Positions 28,589 to 39,247 are shown, counted from the first letter of the stretch. The stretch: 64,000 nucleotides of DNA from Alphaproteobacteria bacterium (GCA_013911655.1 JACESU010000001.1:897152-961151); one strand, 5' to 3'. Numbers and translations are program-made. Notes: generated by a model from the letters alone, not told the origin.

Positions 28589-30850
28589 TTATTTTGTGTG
28601 TAAATGCAAGACCCCATCCCAATCTTCAGGAGGCGGATCTGCCATAAACGCCTGGCAGCGCTCGATATAGAGAAGCGCAACAGGATCCTTCTCTTTTCTC
28701 ATCAGCACCTGTTCGTAAAGGGCAATAGACTCTTTCCACTCGCGTGCTAGGTATTTTTCAAAGGCCTGGGTTGTCAAATCACACCAAAGCTCTTGCTCCG
28801 GGGTTGCGGCAAACTCTGGATCCTCGGAATACTGCGCGACAAGCTCAAAAATACGCACCCCTTTCTCTTTGCCTTTTACGGCAACAATATCCAAAGGCCG
28901 CGTAAGGAAAGTCCCCTCAAGGGCGTCATGGACAAACTCACTAATGAGCATATACGTGTGATACACCTTATTGATTCCCTCAAGACGTGACGCGAGGTTC
29001 ACGTGATCCCCAATAATCGTGTAGTTCATACGGTCTTCAGATCCCATATTTCCCACAATCACTTCGCCAAAGTTAAGACCAATACGCGTTGGAAGAGGCG
29101 GTAGCCCCTTCAAAAGCCACTGCTGGTTAAGTGTTTGGAGTCTTTTTGAGCACTTAAGAGCCGCTTTACAGGCGTTAATGGCGGCTCTTGGATCCTCTTC
29201 AGGCGCCCCCCAAAAGGCCATAATAGAGTCACCAATATACTTATCAATGGTTCCTTTGTAGGTGAGCACAATGTTACTAAGTTCGCTGATGTAAGTCGAT
29301 AAGTGATTCATAAGCGCGTCTGAATCCATGTTTTCTGAGATACTTGTAAAATTTTCAATATCAGAAAACAAAATCGCCACATTACGCCGCTCGCCCCCAA
29401 GGCTGACGGCGTTTCCTTTTTGGATCAGCGTGCGTACAAGATTTTTGGGAACGAACTTACCAAAGGCCGAAAGCCCTTCCCGCATGGCATTAAGGGCATT
29501 TTCCATTTGAGTAATCTCAAAAAAATGAGATTCAAGAGGTTTTGGTGGATCTAAATCAAGATCCCTAATGCGACGCATTTGACCGGCTAACACCTCAATG
29601 GGATAGGAAATTTTTTGCGCAAACACGACAAGCAAAATAATTGATGCAAAAAGAATCACGACAGAAATCAAAATGACGTCTTTACTGATCTCATGAATAG
29701 GTCCCATAAAGTCGTCGTACGGCGCCACTAAACCCAAAATCCAGTCCTGAGAAAAAAGATCACCAAAGTAAGAAAAGTTTGCAACGTATTTAATATCTTC
29801 TTTCATATATTGAAAGTGCTGCTTACCTTCCTTTAAGAACACATTATAAGCTTCAACAATATTACTCTCACCAAGCTCACTCACCTTAGCAAGACGCATG
29901 CCGGCTTCTGGCCCAATAATCGTTTGTACCTGTTGCGTAGTAATATAGTTTCTTCCTTGATCAGGAAAAGCAACGACCTCGCCTTTTTTATTAATAATAA
30001 AGTTTATGCCAGAGCGGCTTGCCTTTTGACGGCGCAGAAGAAGCGAGATATTATCAATACCAATGTCACACGCAAGCGCGCCCACAAATTTTCCATTATG
30101 ATCAAACAAGGGCACCGTTGCTGTCACCACAAAATCTGATGAAAACCAACTGAGATAGACATCCGACCAATTAGGCTTTAGTTCTGCCTTGGTCTTCACA
30201 TACCAGTCTCTTTTTCGGTGGTCATATTGGTCTGATAGTTTTACATTTGGCTTATACTCACGAGCGAGTTCTTTTCCATTTTTATCGACATAGGACCTTG
30301 ACTCCTTGTATTCTCCGTGTCTTCTATCAACAATATCAAGGACATACGCACTTTCGTGCGGGATAGGTTTATCGGCATCGTATAAATAGACCCTTTTATC
30401 AGGAATGTGCCCTACAGACACCATATTACCTTCTTCGTCAGAGGCAAACACAAGGGTTGTTTGCTCGAGCGCGTCAAGACACCCTCTTAAAAAAGCAATC
30501 ACAGGAGCATTTTCTAAGATTGGCGCGTCTGCTGCGCGTTCCACCGATGACCCAAGGGTCATGATTTTCATGGCAGGCGTGAAGTAAGAGATCGTATCAT
30601 CCACAATGGTTTTTTGAGTTTTGCTGATAAGATCTTGTGCCGTCAGCTCAACGGCCTTTTGGATATTCAGATGGGTGTAGGTCGTCGTCAAGACAATGGA
30701 TGACACCAAAAGAGTCACAAAGATACCAAGGATCCCAAATCTGATCCTGTGCTGTCCTTTAAATATATTTAGAAAAGAAAGAGATCTTTCTTTTTGCACG
30801 ACCCTACCCCTGTTTTTACTTATCATTTTTGTCGAGTCTATCATGTTCAT
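28589..30850 (-). CDS. membrane sensor class III adenylate/guanylate cyclase (periplasmic Cache-like domain, HAMP, CYCc)
   Basis: TM, a ~330-aa extracytoplasmic domain, TM, a HAMP-like linker, then VAILFSDIENFTSISE...KYIGDSIMAFWGAP...GEVIVGNMGS...YTIIGDHVNLASRLE. Confidence 0.85.
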   Translation of the reverse strand: MNMIDSTKMISKNRGRVVQKERSLSFLNIFKGQHRIRFGILGIFVTLLVSSIVLTTTYTHLNIQKAVELTAQDLISKTQKTIVDDTISYFTPAMKIMTLGSSVERAADAPILENAPVIAFLRGCLDALEQTTLVFASDEEGNMVSVGHIPDKRVYLYDADKPIPHESAYVLDIVDRRHGEYKESRSYVDKNGKELAREYKPNVKLSDQYDHRKRDWYVKTKAELKPNWSDVYLSWFSSDFVVTATVPLFDHNGKFVGALACDIGIDNISLLLRRQKASRSGINFIINKKGEVVAFPDQGRNYITTQQVQTIIGPEAGMRLAKVSELGESNIVEAYNVFLKEGKQHFQYMKEDIKYVANFSYFGDLFSQDWILGLVAPYDDFMGPIHEISKDVILISVVILFASIILLVVFAQKISYPIEVLAGQMRRIRDLDLDPPKPLESHFFEITQMENALNAMREGLSAFGKFVPKNLVRTLIQKGNAVSLGGERRNVAILFSDIENFTSISENMDSDALMNHLSTYISELSNIVLTYKGTIDKYIGDSIMAFWGAPEEDPRAAINACKAALKCSKRLQTLNQQWLLKGLPPLPTRIGLNFGEVIVGNMGSEDRMNYTIIGDHVNLASRLEGINKVYHTYMLISEFVHDALEGTFLTRPLDIVAVKGKEKGVRIFELVAQYSEDPEFAATPEQELWCDLTTQAFEKYLAREWKESIALYEQVLMRKEKDPVALLYIERCQAFMADPPPEDWDGVLHLHTK

Positions 30851-30942
30851 CGTGCGGTGAAAATAGACCCTGGCCTTAAAAAGATGTTTCTCTTAGATTA
30901 TTTTTCTGTCATAGGTGACAGGCAAGGAAACTCTTAAGACCT

Positions 30943-31134
30943 ATGATGACCATCCCCCAGAAGCCTAACCTACAGAATGCATGCCCTTTATGCCAAAAGC
31001 CCACAGACCATGCTTTTCGTCCTTTTTGTTCAAGTAGGTGTAAGCAAGTGGACCTCGGGCGCTGGTTTCAAGAAGCTTATTGCATTCCCGCTGAAGAAGA
31101 AGACGTAGAGAGTCTCTACTCTGACCCGCAGTGA
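30943..31134 (+). CDS. yacG: DNA gyrase inhibitor YacG (zinc-finger protein)
   Basis: CPLCQKP...FRPFCSSRCKQVDLGRWF is the YacG signature. Confidence 0.85.
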   Translation: MMTIPQKPNLQNACPLCQKPTDHAFRPFCSSRCKQVDLGRWFQEAYCIPAEEEDVESLYSDPQ

Positions 31135-31151
31135 TTTAACACACCCACAAC

Positions 31152-31820
31152 CTACGCGTGTTGGCGTTCATTAGTCTGATCGTTTTCATGACGAAGCTTG
31201 TTGACAAAGTCCGCCATTCCCCGAAGACGACGCCGCTTTAACCGCTCACTAGAAAGAATCCCATGAATTTGAGCAAGGCTGTGGTCAAGCTCTCGGTTAA
31301 CCACCACATAGTCATATTCTGCCCAGTGACTCATTTCATCGTTAGCGCGTGCCATACGTTTAAGGACAACCGCTTCGGCGTCTTGGGCGCGCGCGCGAAG
31401 ACGCCTTTCAAGCTCTTGCCTGCTTGGCGGCAAAATGAAAACCTTGACGACATCCCCTTGAGCCGAATACGTCAAAGACTGTGCACCCTGCCAGTCGATA
31501 TCAAAAAGCACGTCGAATCCGTCGGACAGCGCCCGCTCTACAGGCGCTTTGGGGGTCCCATAGTGCTGATCAAAAACGCAAGCTGACTCTAAAAACTCAC
31601 CCGCCTCTTTGAGGCGTCTGAATTCTTCATGGGTGACAAAGTGATAATCTTTCCCATTAATCTCACCAGGTCTAGGAGGCCGAGTCGTAGCAGAAATCGA
31701 CACAATAAGGCGAGAGTCGCCCTCAAGAAGGCGTCTCGTGATGGTGGTTTTTCCCGCACCAGAAGGAGATGATAAGACGAACATTAGACCCCGCCTGGGA
31801 ATTTCTTGAGCAGCCGGCAC
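31152..31820 (-). CDS. gmk: guanylate kinase
   Basis: P-loop SSPSGAGKTT, TTRPPRPGE.NG.DYHFV and DIDWQGA. Confidence 0.93.
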   Translation of the reverse strand: MPAAQEIPRRGLMFVLSSPSGAGKTTITRRLLEGDSRLIVSISATTRPPRPGEINGKDYHFVTHEEFRRLKEAGEFLESACVFDQHYGTPKAPVERALSDGFDVLFDIDWQGAQSLTYSAQGDVVKVFILPPSRQELERRLRARAQDAEAVVLKRMARANDEMSHWAEYDYVVVNRELDHSLAQIHGILSSERLKRRRLRGMADFVNKLRHENDQTNERQHA

Positions 31821-31924
31821 ACCAAAGCCCTAATGCAAACCATGGACAATTCTATCATTTTGCATCATTTTGGTCCAGTCGCTTGCAATGATACAGGACA
31901 AACCAAACTTAGAGCCTCTCCTGC

Positions 31925-32989
31925 CTACCCTTCTTTGGCTTTTTTCACAAACAAGACATGTAAATCTTCTTGGGGTTTAAAGTTCTGAAGATGCAGCGTA
32001 AGGGCTCCTTGAGCGTCCTCAGTATACGACACCCCTTCGGGCGCGCAAAAAGTCGCAACCATACCAGCTGGGGGTACAATCTTTAAGGTAAAGTCAGCAA
32101 TAGGACCCCGCCAGTTTGCACCTGTTTTCAGCATATAATCCACAACGGCAATGCGTCTCGTTTGATGCTCTTGAGGTGTGTCATCCCCTTGAAATAATCC
32201 TAACACTTCTTTTTCAAAGTCAGGACTAGGACAAAACTCTTTCCATAACAAAGTCTTATCCGCAAGCAAGACTTGGTCAAGGGACGCGACCTTTCCTTGA
32301 GGAGAAGCCCAATAGTAACCTGTCGCAGGCTTATAGGTGTGGGTGGCGCGGCTTTTCTTTTGAGCTGGAAAATACTGTGTCCAATAAAAAATCGTGTGGT
32401 CTTGCCATTTTGGCATCCCTTTATCGTCCAGTAAATTCAGTTTTTTAATTTTCTCTTTGAGTTTCGGATTTTTATCCAGCCAACTTTCTTCTTGAATACC
32501 AAGAAGAAACGCCCGGGAAAGAGGAACTTGATTCTGGGACAAAAGCGCGGTGATATCTTTGCCGCTTGGCAAAAGCGCCACAACTTTGCTGAGATAACCG
32601 TAACTTTCGCCGTCAACAGTTCTTTTGAAATTTAAGAAGGGACGCGCTTCTAAGACAGAGGCAAGCGTAGACGTTTCTTCTTCTGTGAAGCGCTCTAATT
32701 TTTTATAGGCAAAATACTGTTCGTCCCAAATTTCCGAATAAGGCGTCATGGTGGGCAGCGGAAAAGCGACTTCGGCTTTAATCTCGTGGCTTGCGTGATT
32801 AAAAAACTCGTAAACGACACTGATTTCTTCTGGTGAAAGCGTTAGCTCTTCTTTTTGCATTTCAATGTCATGACTGACTTTATATTCGATCTCGCCCGAT
32901 TTCACCGATGCCATGGTGTCATTGGCCTTTGCCGAAAGGGCGGCAAGAAGATAAACCACACTGCTCCAGATTACTTTTGATATACGCAC
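31925..32989 (-). CDS. hypothetical secreted protein, DUF4424-like
   Basis: Signal peptide MRISKVIWSSVVYLLAALSAKA. The N-terminal DIEMQKEELTLSPEEISVVYEFFNHASHEIKAEVAFPLP resembles my recollection of the DUF4424 family. This is unverified. Confidence 0.5.
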   Translation of the reverse strand: MRISKVIWSSVVYLLAALSAKANDTMASVKSGEIEYKVSHDIEMQKEELTLSPEEISVVYEFFNHASHEIKAEVAFPLPTMTPYSEIWDEQYFAYKKLERFTEEETSTLASVLEARPFLNFKRTVDGESYGYLSKVVALLPSGKDITALLSQNQVPLSRAFLLGIQEESWLDKNPKLKEKIKKLNLLDDKGMPKWQDHTIFYWTQYFPAQKKSRATHTYKPATGYYWASPQGKVASLDQVLLADKTLLWKEFCPSPDFEKEVLGLFQGDDTPQEHQTRRIAVVDYMLKTGANWRGPIADFTLKIVPPAGMVATFCAPEGVSYTEDAQGALTLHLQNFKPQEDLHVLFVKKAKEG

Positions 32990-33066
32990 TCCTCACCCTC
33001 TTTCTTTTTCTTTGGTGTTTCTCCATGGTGCCTGGAGCGGCTCCGTAACGCAAGGAGCGAGAGTTG

Positions 33067-33837
33067 TCAAAGAGTTGAGGACAAAAGCTCTCCAAGTCCT
33101 TTTCTATGCTGGAGAATTTCCACCGCCTGCGCTGTATAAGTCCCATCATCTTCATGCACGATCAAAGGAGTGATGGCTTGGAGCGGCGTTTTTAATCCTT
33201 TTCTGCCCGTTAAAAGGAATCTTTTACACGGACCATCCGCCTTTGATAAAAGAGGATAAAGGCGAATCTCCCCCACACGTCGCCATAGAAATGCCATAAT
33301 TTGATCGAGACGGTCTGCGCGGTGAATAAGGGTAAGAGTCCCTCGCTCTTTTAAAAAGAAAAGACAGGCCTTCAGCCATCCTTCAACGCTTTGATGGGCC
33401 TCTTCGTGATGCGCTTTTTTCTTCAAATCATTCATAGACGGTGTGTGCCCCGCTCCCATAAACGGCGGATTGGTCATCACGTGATCAAAGCGACGTTCTT
33501 TTAGAGTGTCACAAAGGGAAAACAAATCACCACAGGTCCCTGCGACCCTCTCTTCTAGGCCTGTTTTCAGAATGTTTTCTTGTAAAAAAGTCATGAGAGC
33601 TTCTTCACGTTCGAGGGCAGTCACCACGCATCCAGGCACGCGCACAGCAAGGCACAAGCTGGCCGCACCAACCCCTGCGCCCGCGTCCAAAACTTGGTCG
33701 CCGGCACGCGCGCCGCAGGCGGCTGCCAAATAAACGGGGTCAATCCCCGCCCGGTACCCAGTGCGGAGCTGGCGAAGGTGCACCGCGCCTTTAAGTAAAT
33801 AGTCCTGTGTTGTATCCATCTTCTGTATTGCAGGCAT
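33067..33837 (-). CDS. SAM-dependent N6-adenine methyltransferase (TrmN6/YfiC-like)
   Basis: SAM-binding VLDAGAGVGA and the catalytic NPPF motif (VMTNPPFMG). Confidence 0.75.
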   Translation of the reverse strand: MPAIQKMDTTQDYLLKGAVHLRQLRTGYRAGIDPVYLAAACGARAGDQVLDAGAGVGAASLCLAVRVPGCVVTALEREEALMTFLQENILKTGLEERVAGTCGDLFSLCDTLKERRFDHVMTNPPFMGAGHTPSMNDLKKKAHHEEAHQSVEGWLKACLFFLKERGTLTLIHRADRLDQIMAFLWRRVGEIRLYPLLSKADGPCKRFLLTGRKGLKTPLQAITPLIVHEDDGTYTAQAVEILQHRKGLGELLSSTL

Positions 33838-33884
33838 GTTTTGTTATCTATACCCTACCTTAGGCCTTAAGAAAAAGAGATCTG

Positions 33885-34334
33885 ATGATATCCTATACCT
33901 TGTGGGGTCTTTTTATTTTGACAGCCCTTTATCTGATCTATACCGACCTCAGAACTTACTGCCTTCCTAACACAGCCGTGGGATTTGTTGCCACGCTTGG
34001 TATTTTTCATGTGTTTTATCATCACACCCCCCTAGCGCAAGCGCTCTTCTGCGCCGCTCTGCTTATGGGACTGACGTACTCTTTAAAATTGTATTATGAA
34101 AAAAAAATCAAAGCCCCCCCCCTAGGCGGAGGAGACATTAAACTTTTTGGGGCCGTTGGTTTATGGCTTTCCCCTCAAGATATTCCCTGGTTTTTGGTGA
34201 GCGTGGGTATGGCGGGTATCTTGTGGGGGGCCCTTTGGACACGCATCCTTCAAAAAAGAATTTTTCCTTTTTCTCCATCAATCTACGCAGGTTATGGCAT
34301 TCTTTGCATCGCTAGGGTTTGCAAGTGGCTTTAA
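33885..34334 (+). CDS. A24-family prepilin peptidase-like membrane protein (CpaA-like)
   Basis: Polytopic protein. First Asp in LIYTDLRTYCLPN, second in GGGDIKLFGAVG. Contains A9 and C9 homopolymers in frame. Confidence 0.7.
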   Translation: MISYTLWGLFILTALYLIYTDLRTYCLPNTAVGFVATLGIFHVFYHHTPLAQALFCAALLMGLTYSLKLYYEKKIKAPPLGGGDIKLFGAVGLWLSPQDIPWFLVSVGMAGILWGALWTRILQKRIFPFSPSIYAGYGILCIARVCKWL

Positions 34335-34389
34335 TTAGGGCATGCTATATAGAATACTTTTTTCATAAACACAACAGGAGAGCGTGCGC

Positions 34390-35055
34390 ATGCTAAATGG
34401 ACCCTCTTTACGCCCAGCACAAGGACGTGTTGAACAGCTTGTCGTCTTGCTTCATGGTTATGGCACCAATGGCGAGGACTTGCTTTCTTTGGGGCATGCT
34501 TGGCGTAGACATCTGCCCCAAGCTGAATTTATTGCCCCCCATGCGCCTTTTGCCTGTGAGAACTCACCTTTCTTTGGGCGGCAATGGTTTGACATTTCAA
34601 ACTGGACGCCCGACTCTCTTTTGGCAGGTGCCAAAGAATGCGCGCCTTACCTTAATGATTTTCTTGACGCTGCCCTCAAGGACCGGGGACTTGGGGATGA
34701 AAATCTTGCCCTTGCAGGTTTCTCTCAAGGCACCATGATGGCCCTTCATTGCGCCCTTAGCAGGCCAACCCCTTGTGCGGGCGTTCTTGGTTATTCAGGT
34801 GCCCTTCTCCTTGAAGACGGACACGTCAAAAGCAAGCCTCCTGTGCTCCTCATACACGGAGAAGAAGATCAAGTTGTTGATTTCCATGAAATGGAGCGCG
34901 CCTCAAACCTTTTACATTCCTGGAAAGTACCCGTCGAAACGCGGGCACGCCCAGGGATGGGACACGGCATTGATGAAGAAAGCGTCACCTTAGGAGGACA
35001 CTTTCTACAACAAGCCCTTCAACAAAAAAGAGAACGCTCTGCTGCCTTACGTTAA
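34390..35055 (+). CDS. alpha/beta hydrolase, phospholipase/carboxylesterase family
   Basis: LVVLLHGYGTNGEDL, nucleophile elbow GFSQG, HGEEDQVV and GMGHGI, matching the Abhydrolase_2 pattern. Confidence 0.8.
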   Translation: MLNGPSLRPAQGRVEQLVVLLHGYGTNGEDLLSLGHAWRRHLPQAEFIAPHAPFACENSPFFGRQWFDISNWTPDSLLAGAKECAPYLNDFLDAALKDRGLGDENLALAGFSQGTMMALHCALSRPTPCAGVLGYSGALLLEDGHVKSKPPVLLIHGEEDQVVDFHEMERASNLLHSWKVPVETRARPGMGHGIDEESVTLGGHFLQQALQQKRERSAALR

Positions 35056-35063
35056 TATTTTAG

Positions 35064-36044
<981 letters not shown>

Positions 36045-36053
36045 ACCAATCAT

Positions 36054-36090
36054 GTCAGCGAACGGTCTGCTGGGAAGACCGTTCGCTGAC
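36054..36090 (+). terminator. 14-bp perfect hairpin downstream of mdh
   Basis: GTCAGCGAACGGTC-TGCTGGGAA-GACCGTTCGCTGAC. There is no clean T-run after it. Confidence 0.5.
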
Positions 36091-36230
36091 GCGCTTTACC
36101 TGCCAAAACTCTCTATCGCAGAGCCTCAAGAACTTTCATCATATTTTTCTAAAAATGTAGCTGCTTTTGGGTGACAAGCCGCCTCAAGCTCGCTAGAATG
36201 AAAGCTTGAGAGATGAGATGGATTTGATGC

Positions 36231-37589
36231 ATGCGGTGTTTGAAGGCTTTTATTTGCGGGATTGCGCTAACTTTTTCCTTAGGTACAGCCAATGTCTTTG
36301 GCGCGAAAGCGCCTAAAAACAAATATGCAGCCGTCGTGATCGACACTAAAACAGGGACTGTTTTTCACCGTGAATTCTCGGATGATCCCCGTTATCCTGC
36401 CTCCACCACAAAGATTATGACTCTTCTCCTCCTTTTCGAAGCGCTGGAAAATAAGAAAGTCACTCTGCGCACAAAGCTTCCCGTGTCCGCACGCGCCGCC
36501 AAGCAGCCTCCGTGTAAACTAGGCCTTAAGGCTGGCACGGTGATTACTGTGAATGACGCTCTCCTTGGCATTATCACAAAGTCTGCCAATGATGCATCTG
36601 TCGCCGTGGCTGAATACCTGGCGGGAAGCGAGGACCGCTTTGCCCTTCTGATGACACAAAAAGCGCGCTCGTTTGGTATGAAGAATACAACCTTTAAAAA
36701 CGCCCACGGTCTTCATGATGTCGGCCAAGTCACGACCGCTCATGATCTTGCTCGCCTCGGACAGCAAATCTACAAGCGTTTTCCTAAATATTACACTTAC
36801 TTTAGGACTCAAGCTTTTTGGTACAACGGACAGCGCCACAACAATCATAACAAGCTCCTTTCAAAAGTACCCGGTGTCGATGGTATCAAGACAGGTTTTA
36901 CCAATCCTGCGGGCTTTAACCTGGTTGCCTCTGCCCAACGAGGGGACAAACGCATCATTGCTGTTGTCTTGGGCGGCGACTCGGGTGCTGCGCGTGATCG
37001 CCGGATTACCCACTTGATGGAAGCCGCCTTTAAGGGTCAAAAAACGGACCTTCCGTTGGTAAAAGAGGACGGTTTGACGGCACCCCTTCGTCACGCATCC
37101 TATGAGAAGAGATCTACCAAGGACCTGTGCCGGGACGCGCTGGCTGACGGGCAAGATCCCATTGGGGATACCATCAGATCTGTTTGCTTGAAGGAAAATG
37201 AACCGCCTGTCGTTGCGAAAAAGCAACTCAAGAAAACCTTACCACACACCGATTTGATTGGCGCCAAGATCAGATCTGTTTCGGCCGTAACCTCTGATCG
37301 CCCTGCGCGTAAATGGTCCATCCAGGTCGGCGCCTATGCCAAAGCACAAGACGCCCAAAATGCCGCTAAAATACATCTAGCTGCCATCAAGAAAATCGCT
37401 AAAGCAAAAGTTTCTGTTTCAGCCTCTAACAGAAAAAGAAAGCGCCTTTACCAAGCAAAACTGACAGGTCTTACCGAGCAAGAAGCACTTGCTGCTTGTA
37501 AAATGCTCTCAAAAACAGGACAACAATGCCTTCTCTTGCGCCCAAAGGCACCGTCCACATTAGTTTCAGCTGAGAACACAAGACCTTAA
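36231..37589 (+). CDS. D-alanyl-D-alanine carboxypeptidase (PBP5/6 class) with C-terminal SPOR domain
   Basis: Signal peptide. SxxK (ASTTKIMT), SxN (KSANDA) and KTG (IKTGFT). C-terminal WSIQVGAYAKAQDAQNAA...YQAKLTGL is SPOR-like. Confidence 0.85.
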   Translation: MRCLKAFICGIALTFSLGTANVFGAKAPKNKYAAVVIDTKTGTVFHREFSDDPRYPASTTKIMTLLLLFEALENKKVTLRTKLPVSARAAKQPPCKLGLKAGTVITVNDALLGIITKSANDASVAVAEYLAGSEDRFALLMTQKARSFGMKNTTFKNAHGLHDVGQVTTAHDLARLGQQIYKRFPKYYTYFRTQAFWYNGQRHNNHNKLLSKVPGVDGIKTGFTNPAGFNLVASAQRGDKRIIAVVLGGDSGAARDRRITHLMEAAFKGQKTDLPLVKEDGLTAPLRHASYEKRSTKDLCRDALADGQDPIGDTIRSVCLKENEPPVVAKKQLKKTLPHTDLIGAKIRSVSAVTSDRPARKWSIQVGAYAKAQDAQNAAKIHLAAIKKIAKAKVSVSASNRKRKRLYQAKLTGLTEQEALAACKMLSKTGQQCLLLRPKAPSTLVSAENTRP

Positions 37590-37605
37590 GGGCGGAGAGA
37601 ACCCC

Positions 37606-38961
37606 ATGAAGAAAATCCTTGGCAAAGAAGAGTGGTGCGCCCTGCCCACCCTTGGCATTCCCGTCATCAAAATAAAAGCAGACTCAGGGGCTAGAACCTC
37701 AGCGCTCCATGCCTTTAACATTCGCTATAGTGAAGAAGACGGACAAACCTTTGTTTCCTTTGATGTGCACCCCATTCAGCGCAATACTAAAATCGTAAGA
37801 TCCTGCAAAGCGCCCCTTTTAGATAAGCGCATCGTCAAAAGCTCAAGCGGTGACAAAGAACGTCGCCCTGTCATCAAAACCCTCATCCACTTAGGTGATG
37901 AGGAGTGGGAGATTGAGGTCACCCTGACCGACCGAGACGCCATGGGTTACCGCATGCTCCTTGGACGTGAGGCCATGGAAAACCGCTTCCTTATTGATCC
38001 TGATTCCTCCTTTTGCCTTGGGGTAAAGCTTGATAGTGACGTTCACGAAAACTATACACCGCACGCTATGAAGGGCCGCCCGTTGCGCATTCTGGTCCTG
38101 GCCAGCAACCCCAATCTTTACTCTAATCAACGCCTGATTGAAGCCGGTGAGAAACGTGGACACCACGTACAGTTTGTGAATATCAAACATTGTTATGTGA
38201 ATATCAGTGCCGCAAGCTCGAAAGTCTATTACCGCGGCGGCGAGCCCCTTGATCATGTGGACGCGGTTATTCCCCGCATTCGCCCATCAGCCACCTTTTA
38301 CGGATGTGCTCTCTTGCGCCAATTTCAGCTTACAGGAGCGTATTGCCTTAATGAAGCGAGTGCCATTGCGCGTGCGCGTGACAAGCTGCGGACCTTACAA
38401 AATCTTGCCCTAAATGGGATTCAAATGCCCGTGACCGCCATGGCAGGCTCTCCCCTTGATACCACTGAAATTATCAAGCTTGTGGGCGGTGTCCCTTTGA
38501 TTGTGAAACTTCTTGAAGGAGCGCAGGGCACAGGCGTTGTCTTAGCCGAAACAAAAAAAGCGGCCGAAAGTGTGATCAACGCTTTTAAAAGCCTGCGCAC
38601 AAACCTTTTAGTACAAGAATTCGTCAAAGAAGCCAACGGTAAGGATCTTCGTTGCTTTGTCATTGATGGTAAAGTTGTGGGCGCCATGCAACGTCAAGCA
38701 AAGGACGGTGAATTTCGCTCGAACCTACACCTTGGGGGAGTTGCAACGTCTGTCAAAATAACCCCAGAAGAGCGCCGCATGGCCATCAAAGCTGCGAAGG
38801 TCATGGGTCTTAAGGTTGCAGGGGTTGATATTATTCGCTCTGACACAGGACCAAAGGTCTTAGAAGTGAACTCGTCCCCTGGCCTGGAAGGGATCGAGAC
38901 AACCCTGAATAAGGACATTGCGGGCCTTTTCTATGACTGTATCGAAAAACACGTATGGTAG
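37606..38961 (+). CDS. rimK: fusion of a retropepsin-like/'ATP-dependent zinc protease' domain (RimB-like) with the RimK ATP-grasp alpha-L-glutamate ligase
   Basis: N-terminal EWCALPTLGIPVIKIKADSGARTSALHA (COG4067-like). C-terminal ATP-grasp LIVKLLEGAQGTGVVL...LRCFVIDGKVVGAMQR...GVDIIRS..GPKVLEVNSSPG. Confidence 0.8.
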   Translation: MKKILGKEEWCALPTLGIPVIKIKADSGARTSALHAFNIRYSEEDGQTFVSFDVHPIQRNTKIVRSCKAPLLDKRIVKSSSGDKERRPVIKTLIHLGDEEWEIEVTLTDRDAMGYRMLLGREAMENRFLIDPDSSFCLGVKLDSDVHENYTPHAMKGRPLRILVLASNPNLYSNQRLIEAGEKRGHHVQFVNIKHCYVNISAASSKVYYRGGEPLDHVDAVIPRIRPSATFYGCALLRQFQLTGAYCLNEASAIARARDKLRTLQNLALNGIQMPVTAMAGSPLDTTEIIKLVGGVPLIVKLLEGAQGTGVVLAETKKAAESVINAFKSLRTNLLVQEFVKEANGKDLRCFVIDGKVVGAMQRQAKDGEFRSNLHLGGVATSVKITPEERRMAIKAAKVMGLKVAGVDIIRSDTGPKVLEVNSSPGLEGIETTLNKDIAGLFYDCIEKHVW

Positions 38962-39064
38962 GACGTTTTTCGAACACACTCTTTGGCATCTTGTATAATT
39001 TGTTCATACATTTCCCTCGTACAGCTTGATCTTTCTTTGTTTTCCAGGTAAGAGCAAAAGTGTC

Positions 39065-39155
39065 GGAGGGATGCCAGAGCGGTTGAATGGGGCGGTCTCG
39101 AAAACCGTTGTGCGTTTTTAACGTACCGAGGGTTCGAATCCCTCTCCCTCCGCCA
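39065..39155 (+). tRNA. tRNA-Ser (anticodon CGA)
   Basis: Acceptor GGAGGGA/TCCCTCC, anticodon stem GCGGT/ACCGT with loop CTCGAAA, long variable arm, T-arm GAGGG-TTCGAAT-CCCTC, and an encoded CCA. Confidence 0.9.
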
Positions 39156-39247
39156 CGTTAGGACCTAATGTATCTTCACATCATAGACTTTTATTTTCGC
39201 AAGAACCTATCTTGTTTTTCATTTCCAACTGAAAGAAATAGAAAGTT

